From the NCBI GenBank assembly GCA_965222375.1, contig CBDCTZ010000015.1:928001-992000 (forward strand): a DNA stretch of 64,000 nt, written 5' to 3'. Positions 1 through 8,408 of the stretch are shown here, one piece after another. The stretch is from Polyangiaceae bacterium. Its GTDB lineage: Bacteria; Myxococcota_A; Polyangia; Polyangiales; Polyangiaceae. Every line of letters starts with the position of its first letter. The stretch's first letter is position 1. A program made the position numbers and the translations under genes. Below the pieces are notes generated by a model. The model ran no database searches. It saw only the letters and a list, made by a program, of their open reading frames with translations, and was not told the DNA's origin.

Positions 1-281
1 CCTTTGGTGCTGCAAGCTTTCCAGGCGTCTTTGCGCTCTTGTCCGAAACTGAAGCCCGCCAAGGACTTCGGTGGAGGCGCCTTGGGCTTGGACAGCTCGG
101 GGACGGGAGGCGGTTTCGGTTTCTCCTGCTTCGGCGGTTCTGACGCGGGCTCCGGTTCCGGATCGTCGAGGGAAAGCCCTGGCGTTTGTATGGGTCCGCC
201 GCCGGGGCCCGCGGGCCCTGGCCGACGGCATGCAGCCAAGGTGATGCATGCGAGAGCTAGGAGAATTGCAAGACGGCGCAT
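1..281 (-). CDS. Putative lipoprotein, 5' part only (runs off window start)
   Basis: Manual translation from ATG at 281: MRRLAILLALACITLAAC (lipobox) followed by a Pro-rich linker; open to position 1; absent from the ORF track because it is truncated. Confidence 0.75.
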   Translation of the reverse strand, partial: MRRLAILLALACITLAACRRPGPAGPGGGPIQTPGLSLDDPEPEPASEPPKQEKPKPPPVPELSKPKAPPPKSLAGFSFGQERKDAWKACSTK

Positions 282-414
282 CAGCCAAGGTCATGGATAC
301 CACGCCTGGCTTCCGGGCGGAGCAGTCAGCACCGGGAAGGTGGCCACCCCAGGCTCTTGCGCGGGGCCGGTGCTGCTCGGAGCCCCCCGAACCCGGTTTG
401 TGAGCGGACGGTGC

Positions 415-1020
415 CTAGCGCATCGGTGTTTCGTCGACCACGGCGTAGGTCTTTGGATCGAGGAGCAGCGCCAAGCCCTTGCGGGGCGGTCCTCGGTTGA
501 CTGCGGTCGCGGCAATTCTGCCTTGGGCGTCGGTGCCGGTGATGCTGATTTTCGCCCCCTTCGCCCAGCTGTGCTTCGCGATGTGCTTCTTCACGGACGC
601 ATCCACGCGCGCGTCGTCTATGTTGTCCGGAAAGGGCGGTATTAGCTTCTCTTCGCCTGGCGCCAAGCCACCAACATGCTTCAGATAGGTCTCCCGCTCT
701 TTGTCTCCTTTGGAGTAGCGCTGCTGGGTCTGACCTTGCAGCGGCGGCGGCGTGTAGAGGGTCACGACCAGAGTCCCATCAGCTTCCATCTTGGCCGTGC
801 CGATGGCCTTGCCCTTCACGGCTGACGTGGCCGGAGCAGCGGCAGATGCGGGAGCGGGTGTCCCCGAGGCCTTGGCGGAAGGCGGCGTTTGCGCGATGAC
901 GACGGGGGCAGACGGCTGCTGGGCAGGACCTGGCTTTTCGTTGCAGGCCAAGACGGCCCCGAAACCAACTGCAGCGACGAGCCCCAAGCCGAAACTCTGT
1001 GAAGTTAGCGAGATCTTCAT
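415..1020 (-). CDS. Hypothetical lipoprotein
   Basis: MKISLTSQSFGLGLVAAVGFGAVLAC lipobox and Pro/Ala linker; TATCCT 7 nt before the ATG. Confidence 0.75.
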   Translation of the reverse strand: MKISLTSQSFGLGLVAAVGFGAVLACNEKPGPAQQPSAPVVIAQTPPSAKASGTPAPASAAAPATSAVKGKAIGTAKMEADGTLVVTLYTPPPLQGQTQQRYSKGDKERETYLKHVGGLAPGEEKLIPPFPDNIDDARVDASVKKHIAKHSWAKGAKISITGTDAQGRIAATAVNRGPPRKGLALLLDPKTYAVVDETPMR

Positions 1021-1151
1021 CCCCGGCAGGATAACCGGCCCCGCTGAAGCCGAGGAGGGTGCGCCCCGAAGCGCCGCAGCTGGCCGAGGGGCCTTCGAAC
1101 CCGAGGCGCCGGCGGCAAGCCTCTTGCAGGAATGCATGCTAGGCCTCGTGC

Positions 1152-2342
1152 TTGCGAGGCAAAAGCGAGAGGTTTTTGATGATTTTTCTTGATGGGATTC
1201 GTCCACTGAGAAGCTGGCGCCACGCCGGCGGTGTAACCCTTCGTCGACGCTCGGGCTTGCTCCTCGGCGTGCTATTGCTCGCCGCTCCCGCGGCATCTGC
1301 GCAGCCCACGGGCGCAGACGCGGCCCGGACCGTGGGTCAGGCGGCGCGGGCGGCCGCGGCGGCCGCAGATCAGGCGGCGGACGCTTCCCTGAGGGGCATC
1401 ACGGATCGGGACGGCGCCCCAAAGAGCCGCGTGGAAAAAGCTCGCGATGGAGTCGTCACCCTGGAACGAAGTGGCAAAGTGCTGGGGCTCGGCACGGTGC
1501 TGAAGGGCGATGGGCGGATCTTGACTGCGCTATCGCCCCTGGGTCACGGCAACAACCTGGACGCACGCTTCGCAGACGGCAGCGTGTCTCGCGTCAAAGT
1601 AGGTCACACGGACCGCGCCTGGGACCTGGCCTTGGTGATCCCCCAGAACGGACGCTGGAAGAAGGGGCTGCGCGCATCGCGCAAGTCTGCCAAGGCCCTC
1701 GGCAGCCGGCTTCGCACGTACAGCGTGATCGGTGCCAAGGAAATCGCACCCGCGCGCACGATCGTCAAAGGTGCGCGGACCCTCGTTGGCGGTGACAACG
1801 AACTGCTGCGCGATGCGCTGGAGCTCGCAAGCCGACTCAAGAAGAACGATGTGGGCAGCCCTATTGTCGACGACAAGGGCGACGTGGTTGCGGTCGTCGC
1901 TAGGGCGTGCGCACCGCGCCCCAAGCAACCTTGCACTCGCGTTCCCTACGGGGTGCCCACCCCCGCGATCAAGGCCTTCTTGCGAACCGCCCCAGTTGGC
2001 GCGGTGGCCCCGGCGCCCTGGCTGGGCATCCGTGGGGTCTCCCACACTGCCGGACCGGCCCGGGGGGTTCGAGTCGTGTCAGTGCACCCACGGAGCTCAG
2101 CGGCGGCAGCTGGCCTCAAGGGGGGGCGAAACCAAGCGAAGGCCGACGTGGTGGTGGGGCTGGATGGCGTTCCTGTGCTGACCCCGGACGCCCTCTCGGA
2201 CGCCATCAACCGCCGCGCGGTGGGCGATAGCGTGGAACTCCTCCTCTTTGGGGGCGGCAAATACCGCCGAGTCACGCTGACCCTCCAGCCCAGCCCGAAG
2301 CGCTCCAAGCCCCGCCGCAGCCGTAGAAGTAGAGCCAAATAG
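1152..2342 (+). CDS. HtrA/S1C-like trypsin-fold + PDZ protein with degenerate catalytic site (start uncertain)
   Basis: GLGTVL..ILTA, DLALV and GSPIVDDKGDVVAV motifs, then a PWLGI..PDZ-like C-terminus; signal-peptide-like hydrophobic stretch. Confidence 0.75.
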   Translation: MRGKSERFLMIFLDGIRPLRSWRHAGGVTLRRRSGLLLGVLLLAAPAASAQPTGADAARTVGQAARAAAAAADQAADASLRGITDRDGAPKSRVEKARDGVVTLERSGKVLGLGTVLKGDGRILTALSPLGHGNNLDARFADGSVSRVKVGHTDRAWDLALVIPQNGRWKKGLRASRKSAKALGSRLRTYSVIGAKEIAPARTIVKGARTLVGGDNELLRDALELASRLKKNDVGSPIVDDKGDVVAVVARACAPRPKQPCTRVPYGVPTPAIKAFLRTAPVGAVAPAPWLGIRGVSHTAGPARGVRVVSVHPRSSAAAAGLKGGRNQAKADVVVGLDGVPVLTPDALSDAINRRAVGDSVELLLFGGGKYRRVTLTLQPSPKRSKPRRSRRSRAK

Positions 2343-2466
2343 GCCTGGGGACCGGCACCCGCCCTGGAATTTCTTTCCACCCCGTGTCGCAAACCCTTAG
2401 GTTTCAGGCACGGGGGCGTGTTAGATGATTTCCAACGTTTTGGACGTCTTTTTGGCGGGATAGGCA

Positions 2467-3240
2467 GTGTCACGGCCGCTTCGAATAGAGGTTGCGGGTC
2501 AGACTGACGTCGGCCGCAAGAGGAACCACAACGAGGACAATTTCGCCATCATGGCGGAGTACGGTCTCTACGTCGTGGCGGATGGCATGGGTGGGCATGC
2601 TTCCGGCGAGGTTGCGTCCAAGATGGCGGTCGACGCACTGCAGGAGTTTTTTGCAGCCACGGCGGACGACCCGGAGCGCACATGGCCCTACAAGATGGAC
2701 CGCTCCAAGGGCTACGAAGAAAACCGTCTGGTCACGGGCATCAAGCTCTGCAACCTGCGGATCTATGAGAACGCTCAGCGCAACGCCAAACAGCGGGGCA
2801 TGGGCACGACTCTCGTGACCCTGTTCGCGGTGGAAGACGGCATCTACCTCGCACACGTCGGCGACAGCCGCATCTATCGACTCCGCGACGGCAAGATCGA
2901 CCAGCTGACGGAAGATCACTCGCTGCTCAACGACTACAAGAAGATGAAGCGGCTGACCGAGGAAGAGATCGCCAACTTCCCACACAAGAACGTGATCGTG
3001 CGCGCCCTGGGCATGAAAGACACGGTGAAGGTCGATACTCGCTTCGAAACGCCCCGGGCCGGCGACACCATGCTGCTCTGCACGGACGGACTCAGCGGCC
3101 CGGTCACGGATGAACGCATGCTGGAGATCATCCAGAGCGCGCCGGACCTTCCAACGGCGTCGAATCGCCTGATCGAAGCAGCCAACGAAAACGGCGGGCC
3201 CGACAACATCACCTGCGTGCTGGCACGCTGGATCGACTAA
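2467..3240 (+). CDS. PP2C-family Ser/Thr protein phosphatase (Stp1/PrpC type)
   Basis: TDVGRKRNHNED, VADGMGGH, HVGDSR, LCTDGL and GGPDNIT motifs. Confidence 0.95.
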   Translation: MSRPLRIEVAGQTDVGRKRNHNEDNFAIMAEYGLYVVADGMGGHASGEVASKMAVDALQEFFAATADDPERTWPYKMDRSKGYEENRLVTGIKLCNLRIYENAQRNAKQRGMGTTLVTLFAVEDGIYLAHVGDSRIYRLRDGKIDQLTEDHSLLNDYKKMKRLTEEEIANFPHKNVIVRALGMKDTVKVDTRFETPRAGDTMLLCTDGLSGPVTDERMLEIIQSAPDLPTASNRLIEAANENGGPDNITCVLARWID

Positions 3241-3256
3241 TCTCGCGGCGCCTGAC

Positions 3257-3811
3257 TCAGGGTCCTGGCTTGGGCGGGATGATCCGGATGGGTGCCGGTG
3301 TCATGGGCACCGACTTTGCCTCGCCGACCAAAGACGCCAGCACGGCGTAGGCCACGACCACCACCGCCAACATGATCACGCTGGTCCACAGATACGTCAT
3401 CGTTGGCGGATGACGAGCGGTACTCCACCCATCCGCATAGAACTTGCCGCCGCTCCTTTTGCGCAGCTTGTCCTGAACCCCGCGGAGCACATCCGAGCGC
3501 GGCTGGGGTTCTTCCTCTTCTTCAAAGGCGCCGCGTAGGAGCGCGCGCATGCTGCCGTCGTCCTCTTCCGACTCGCTGCCGGGCAGATCTTCGTCTTCGC
3601 CGATGGAGTCGTCCGACGCCAGGGCCGGCTCGGCGGCGGCTTCCGAAGCTGTGGATTCGTCCGCCCCCTCGGCATCGGATTCCCCCGCCTGCTGCCGGGC
3701 ATCCGAGTCGCGTCCTTCCCGCGGCTCGGACTCGCTCTCTCCGGACGGATTGGAGGCACTCTCGTCGCTCGCCTCCTCCTCGGGCGGCGTCGGTTTGTGG
3801 TCATCGCTCAT
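3257..3811 (-). CDS. Acidic single-pass membrane protein, probable anti-sigma partner
   Basis: Overlaps the ECF sigma stop (ATGA); acidic N-terminus and C-terminal TM helix. Confidence 0.7.
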   Translation of the reverse strand: MSDDHKPTPPEEEASDESASNPSGESESEPREGRDSDARQQAGESDAEGADESTASEAAAEPALASDDSIGEDEDLPGSESEEDDGSMRALLRGAFEEEEEPQPRSDVLRGVQDKLRKRSGGKFYADGWSTARHPPTMTYLWTSVIMLAVVVVAYAVLASLVGEAKSVPMTPAPIRIIPPKPGP

Positions 3812-4404
3812 CGAACTTTCTCCCCAAGCGCGTGCTCCACGCGCGCCTTGAGCATGCCGCGCGCACGGTGGATGCGACTTTTCACGGTGCCGTCAGCCAG
3901 CCCAGTGATCTCGGCGATTTCCTCGTAGCTGAGGTCCTCGACGTCTCGCAGAATCAGTACCTCGCGAAAGTCCGCATCCAGCTCGCGAATGGCGATTTGA
4001 ACGATTCGCTCCGCCTGAATGCCCTCGAGCATGTGGTCCGGCCGCGCCACGTCACCAAAAGTGACCCCCTTGGCTTCGTTGAGAGGCGCGCGCTCCGCAT
4101 GCGGTTCCAGCTCCTGCTGGGCACCCTCGTGGCGACGAGCCAGGTACTTGATGCGGTTCTTACAAAGATTGACGGCAATTCGATAGACCCAGGTCCCCAA
4201 TTTCGAGTCGCCACGGAAGTTGCCAATGGCCTTGAAGACCTGCACGAAGACTTCCTGAAGCATGTCTTCGGCTTCGTCGCGTCGGCCGAGCATGCGAAAC
4301 AGCAGCCGAAAAACGCGTTGCTCGTAGAGTTCGACCAGCTCGTTGAAGGCACGCTCATCGTGCGCACGGAGCCGCTCGATGAATTTGCTTTCGCTCTCGT
4401 CCAC
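3808..4404 (-). CDS. ECF RNA polymerase sigma-70 factor
   Basis: AEDMLQEVF, TWVYRIAVN and LSYEEIAEITGLADGTVKSRIHRAR motifs; probable GTG start at 4404. Confidence 0.95.
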   Translation of the reverse strand: MDESESKFIERLRAHDERAFNELVELYEQRVFRLLFRMLGRRDEAEDMLQEVFVQVFKAIGNFRGDSKLGTWVYRIAVNLCKNRIKYLARRHEGAQQELEPHAERAPLNEAKGVTFGDVARPDHMLEGIQAERIVQIAIRELDADFREVLILRDVEDLSYEEIAEITGLADGTVKSRIHRARGMLKARVEHALGEKVR

Positions 4405-4552
4405 TGGGCAGTCCCACCAAGGGTCCGTGCGACGGTAGCCGACCAAGGCCGGCGCGTCGTCCCCCGTGAGGGCTCGAGCCCCCTGGCTGCGGTCAAAAAG
4501 CGGCCGCCGATCCCGAACTCTGGTGCGAACTCTGGCGGCCACACCGGGATGC

Positions 4553-4577
4553 GACACCAAGGGGGTCCGTGGGTTCC
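4553..4577 (-). promoter_or_regulatory. Putative ECF-type (autoregulatory) promoter GGAAC-N17-GTC
   Basis: Minus strand GGAACccacggacccccttggtGTC upstream of the ECF sigma gene. Confidence 0.4.
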
Positions 4578-4614
4578 CAGCTGGCGCAGCTGTCCCGAGG
4601 CCCGGGCTGTCCGG

Positions 4615-4685
4615 TTCCGGCGCATGGATTCGAACCATGATTCAGGGATTCAAAGTCCCTTGTCCTGCCTTTAGACGACGCCGGA
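4615..4685 (-). tRNA. tRNA-Gln (anticodon TTG); CCA not encoded
   Basis: Minus strand TCCGGCG acceptor stem, AGGGA-CTTTGAA-TCCCT anticodon arm, CATGG-TTCGAAT-CCATG T arm; followed by CCG rather than CCA. Confidence 0.97.
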
Positions 4686-4750
4686 GCGGGCGGGAGCCTA
4701 GCAAAAAGGGGAGGGCAGACAAACCCATCGAGAAAACCGGCCCCGCAGCC

Positions 4751-6169
4751 TCAGAGCGCAGACAAGACCCGAGCCGCGGCGTCTCGGCCCTGACGCACAC
4801 AATCGGGAATGCCCACTCCGCGGTAGGCCGCTCCAGCAAAGGCCAGCCCTGGGGCGGCCCGAAGCAGCGCGTCGATGCGTTCGAGTCGGTCGCCATGGCC
4901 GACAACGGGCTGCGGGTTGGCACGGTGATATCGAAACACGCGGTGGAACAACGGCTCGGGGAGCTTCCCCATGACCCGGCTGAGTTCATCGGCCGCGATC
5001 TCGATCAACGCGTCGTCGCTGCTCGCCTCGACGTCCACGTCTCCCCGAGCACCCCCTAGGAAAGCTCGCATCAAGACCGAGTCCTTCGGCGCCCGGCCGG
5101 CCCATTTGCTCGACACCCAGGTGGCCGCGAGGATCTTGGCTTCGCCCCGTGGGACCACGAAGCCCATGCCGTCCAGGTCGCGCTCGAGCTTCGCCTTCGG
5201 ATATGCGAAGAAGACGGTGGCTGTCGACAGATACGGAATCCCAGCGAGTTCCGCTTCGAATGCCTTCGGCAAGATCTCCGCAGCTGCGTGAGCAGGAGTT
5301 GCCACGATGACGGCGTCGGCACTCAGGCTCTCCCCCTCGGTCAAGTGAACCTTGAAGCCAGAGCCAACCGCTTCAACACGCTTTGCAGCGTTGGAAGTTC
5401 GCACCCGCGGCACGCGATCTGCGAGGGCGCGAATCAAGCTGCCCATGCCTCCTCGCAACGAGTAGAAGGGACTCGGGGCGCTCGCCATGGGTGTCGATAG
5501 CCAGGTCTTGACCGCGGACATGGTGCTCGTCGGCGCGCCGCGCATAGAGGCTTGGGCCTTCATCAAGCCGAGGATCAGACTTCCATGCTTCCTCTCGAGC
5601 TCGACCAGCTGCGGGAAGGTGGACCGGATGGAGAGCTGCGAAACATCTCCCGCATAGATGCCACCCAAGAGCGGCGACGCGACCCTCTCCGCGGCTCGGC
5701 GGCCGAAGCGACGCGCCACGAAGTCCTCGATGGATTCGTCTTCGTCGGAATCTGGAGGCGACACCACGAAGTCGCCCAACATGCGCGCCTTCGCTGTCAG
5801 ACCCATCAACGGCGTCTTCAACATTGGACCCAGCCGCGTCGGCACAGCCAGCGCCATACCCGCGGGCATCTGCACGAGCTTGCCGCGCTGGACCAGGTAG
5901 ACCTTCTTGGCGTCTTCGCTCGGCGAGATCAGGTCATCCTCGAGGCCGAGTTCTTTGCATAGCTGGACGGCCTCGGGCTTGGTTCGAAGAAAGGAGTCCG
6001 GGCCAGCGTCGATCAGAAAACCGCTGGCGCGCTCCGTGACGATGTTGCCACCAATTCGATCCCGAGCCTCCAGCACGGTGATTTCCACATCGGGCTTCGC
6101 CCGCGCAATGGCATAGGCAGCAGAGAGCCCCGTGACCCCCGCACCGAGTACGACGGCGCGTTTGGTCAT
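4751..6169 (-). CDS. hemY: FAD-dependent protoporphyrinogen oxidase (HemY type)
   Basis: GAGVTGLSAAY, EARDRIGG, DAGPDSF, GGIYAGD and GVGIPDC motifs; coupled to hemE. Confidence 0.95.
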   Translation of the reverse strand: MTKRAVVLGAGVTGLSAAYAIARAKPDVEITVLEARDRIGGNIVTERASGFLIDAGPDSFLRTKPEAVQLCKELGLEDDLISPSEDAKKVYLVQRGKLVQMPAGMALAVPTRLGPMLKTPLMGLTAKARMLGDFVVSPPDSDEDESIEDFVARRFGRRAAERVASPLLGGIYAGDVSQLSIRSTFPQLVELERKHGSLILGLMKAQASMRGAPTSTMSAVKTWLSTPMASAPSPFYSLRGGMGSLIRALADRVPRVRTSNAAKRVEAVGSGFKVHLTEGESLSADAVIVATPAHAAAEILPKAFEAELAGIPYLSTATVFFAYPKAKLERDLDGMGFVVPRGEAKILAATWVSSKWAGRAPKDSVLMRAFLGGARGDVDVEASSDDALIEIAADELSRVMGKLPEPLFHRVFRYHRANPQPVVGHGDRLERIDALLRAAPGLAFAGAAYRGVGIPDCVRQGRDAAARVLSAL

Positions 6170-7197
6170 TTTCGTTGACCGCGCTCGTGAACGAGCTCGG
6201 CGACCCAACGCACCGTGTCTGGCGACATGTTGGGCAGGATGCCGTGCCCCAAGTTGAAGATGTGCCCCGGTGCGCTTCGCCCCTTTTCCAACACGTCGAC
6301 AACTCGCTTCTCGAGAACGGGACGGTCCGCGTACATGGAAATGGGGTCCAAGTTCCCCTGAAGTGCCAGATCGTTGCCCAGGCGTGCATGGGCTTGGTCG
6401 AGGGGCACGCGCCAATCGATGCCGATGACGCTGCCGCCGGCTTGCTTCTGCAGCTCCAGAAGCGTTGCCGTACCAGTACCAAAATGGATCACGGGTACGC
6501 CGAGATCTTTCACACCATCGAGCACGTGGCGGACATGCGGTAGCACGTACGCTTCGTAGTCTGCGGGTCCGAGAGCGCCGATCCACGAATCGAAGAGTTG
6601 CACCGCTTGGGCGCCAGCCTCCACCTGCGCAACCAAATACTCGCGCACGACCGTAGCCAGCTTGTTCGCCAGCTGGTTCCAGAGTTCCGGCTGGTTGTAC
6701 ATCAGGGTCTTGGTCGTAGCGTAGTCCCGGCTCTTACCGCCTTCGATCAGGTAGCTGGCGAGGGTGAAGGGCGCGCCTGCAAAGCCAATCAACGGCGTCT
6801 TTCCGTCCAGCTCGGCACGGATCTGGCGAATCGCCTGGAGGACATGGGCTAGGTGCTCACGCGGTTCGATCACTCTCAGTGCTTCAATATCTGCGGCCGT
6901 GCGCACCGGTGATTCGAAGACTGGCCCCTCCCCCGCCGCGAAGTCGAAGGGCGCTCCCATCGGCTCCAGAGGCAGTAGAATATCCGCGAACAAGATCGCG
7001 GCATCCACAGGCATGGCGCGAACCGGCTGCAGGGTCACTTCCATGGCGAGGTCGGGCTGTCGGCAGATCTGGAGCAGGGTGTGCTTCTTTCGAATCGCGC
7101 GGTATTCGGACATGTAGCGCCCAGCTTGGCGCATGAACCACACGGGGGTGGTGTCCACGGGCTCGCGGCGACACGCGCGCAGGAATCGATCCCACAT
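6166..7197 (-). CDS. hemE: Uroporphyrinogen decarboxylase
   Basis: PVWFMRQAGRY, DAAILFADIL, GFAGAPFTLASY and HIFNLGHG motifs. Confidence 0.98.
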   Translation of the reverse strand: MWDRFLRACRREPVDTTPVWFMRQAGRYMSEYRAIRKKHTLLQICRQPDLAMEVTLQPVRAMPVDAAILFADILLPLEPMGAPFDFAAGEGPVFESPVRTAADIEALRVIEPREHLAHVLQAIRQIRAELDGKTPLIGFAGAPFTLASYLIEGGKSRDYATTKTLMYNQPELWNQLANKLATVVREYLVAQVEAGAQAVQLFDSWIGALGPADYEAYVLPHVRHVLDGVKDLGVPVIHFGTGTATLLELQKQAGGSVIGIDWRVPLDQAHARLGNDLALQGNLDPISMYADRPVLEKRVVDVLEKGRSAPGHIFNLGHGILPNMSPDTVRWVAELVHERGQRK

Positions 7198-7236
7198 GGC
7201 CCCGGACCTAGCAAAGGGACTGGCTGACGTAAAACG

Positions 7237-7797
7237 TCAGTTCTTCGCCGCTCCGGCGATGTCCAGATGCGGCGCCTTCTCGCCTTTGGCCGCCTTCTGC
7301 TTCATTTCGTACTTGGACGGGCATTTCGCCATGATCTGCGACGCTTCGAAATGGCCCTCGCTCTGAAGCTTACCCTCGGCGGTCACCTCGACATCCATAC
7401 CGGGCACGTCGCGAAAGGTGTCGGGCACGATGCACTGGGCGTAGCGAACGTCTAGCTGTTTCTGGTTTTTCTGGATCTTGAAGCGGTATTCGCAGGGCTC
7501 GTCTCGACGCACGAGGGTGCCACGTACGAGAGTGCCAGCAACGCGCACGTTTCGGTCGACAAGCCGCTCTCGCTCCGCGACCAGCTGATCGACGGTCTTC
7601 GAGTACACGGCAGCGTCTTCGAAGCTGGTCATGACCAATGCCAAGACGCCGCCGGCAATGACGACTAGCGCGGCCAAAAGCCCAACGTTGTTCAAACCGC
7701 GGGTCTTTTTCGGTTCCGCCGCCTGTTTGGGTGACGTGACTGGAACCGCTTCTGACTCCTCGACGGCCTGCCGGAGTTCGTCGTCTAGATCGGCCAT
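7237..7797 (-). CDS. ccmE: Cytochrome c maturation heme chaperone CcmE (CxxxY variant)
   Basis: N-terminal TM, VPDTFR..EVTAEG, C-terminal AKCPSKY. Confidence 0.9.
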   Translation of the reverse strand: MADLDDELRQAVEESEAVPVTSPKQAAEPKKTRGLNNVGLLAALVVIAGGVLALVMTSFEDAAVYSKTVDQLVAERERLVDRNVRVAGTLVRGTLVRRDEPCEYRFKIQKNQKQLDVRYAQCIVPDTFRDVPGMDVEVTAEGKLQSEGHFEASQIMAKCPSKYEMKQKAAKGEKAPHLDIAGAAKN

Positions 7798-7809
7798 GTT
7801 CTGACAAAC

Positions 7810-8352
7810 CTAGTGCGCCGCACTGTCAGGGTCCACTCCCGAGCCCGATCTGCGCGCTCTACTGAAAATCCGTGCGGCAAAGGCCGCGCTCGCGTAGCCC
7901 GACGCAGCCAGGACTGCGAACACCGGGATGGCTCCCCAAATCGAGCCGAATGCCCCACCCAGGGAGGCCACGAGGCACCCCACCGCCGCCGCAGCGGCGC
8001 CGCCGACTCCAGCGTCCTTGGGCCGCACCGTGGTGCCGAAGCGTCCGACGATGGCTCCACTGAGACCGCAGGCGACCACGAAGGCAAGCATGGCGGGCCC
8101 AGAAAGGGCCAGAGTCAGTAGCAGCGTTTCGGAGCTCGAGGCCGTACGGGCGAAGCGGGCAAGCTGCTCCGGATCCGACGAGTCAACCCATGTGCTCACC
8201 AAGGCCCGACCCAGGGCGCCGCCCAACATCGAAAGGGGCAGCCACAGAGTGAACGCTAGCGTCGCACCGATCGCCCGCCAGGCGAGCGGCGAGCGCTCCT
8301 CGCCTTCTCGCCCGCCGGATTGGCTCTGGATGATCGGTAGGTGGCGCTTCAT
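7810..8352 (-). CDS. Hypothetical multi-pass membrane protein
   Basis: Four hydrophobic segments; co-oriented with ccmE. Confidence 0.7.
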   Translation of the reverse strand: MKRHLPIIQSQSGGREGEERSPLAWRAIGATLAFTLWLPLSMLGGALGRALVSTWVDSSDPEQLARFARTASSSETLLLTLALSGPAMLAFVVACGLSGAIVGRFGTTVRPKDAGVGGAAAAAVGCLVASLGGAFGSIWGAIPVFAVLAASGYASAAFAARIFSRARRSGSGVDPDSAAH

Positions 8353-8408
8353 CAGCAGCCACCATGATGCCGTGAGGTGAGCATCGCTGCCACCCAGCTC
8401 TGAATGCT

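Noticed and set aside
3403..4674. 423-aa plus-strand ORF
   Set aside because: Antisense shadow of the ECF sigma, anti-sigma and tRNA genes; such shadows are common in high-GC DNA
4615..4685. tRNA-Gln as an island integration site
   Set aside because: No integrase nearby and no duplicated tRNA 3' end noticed; flanking genes look like core genes
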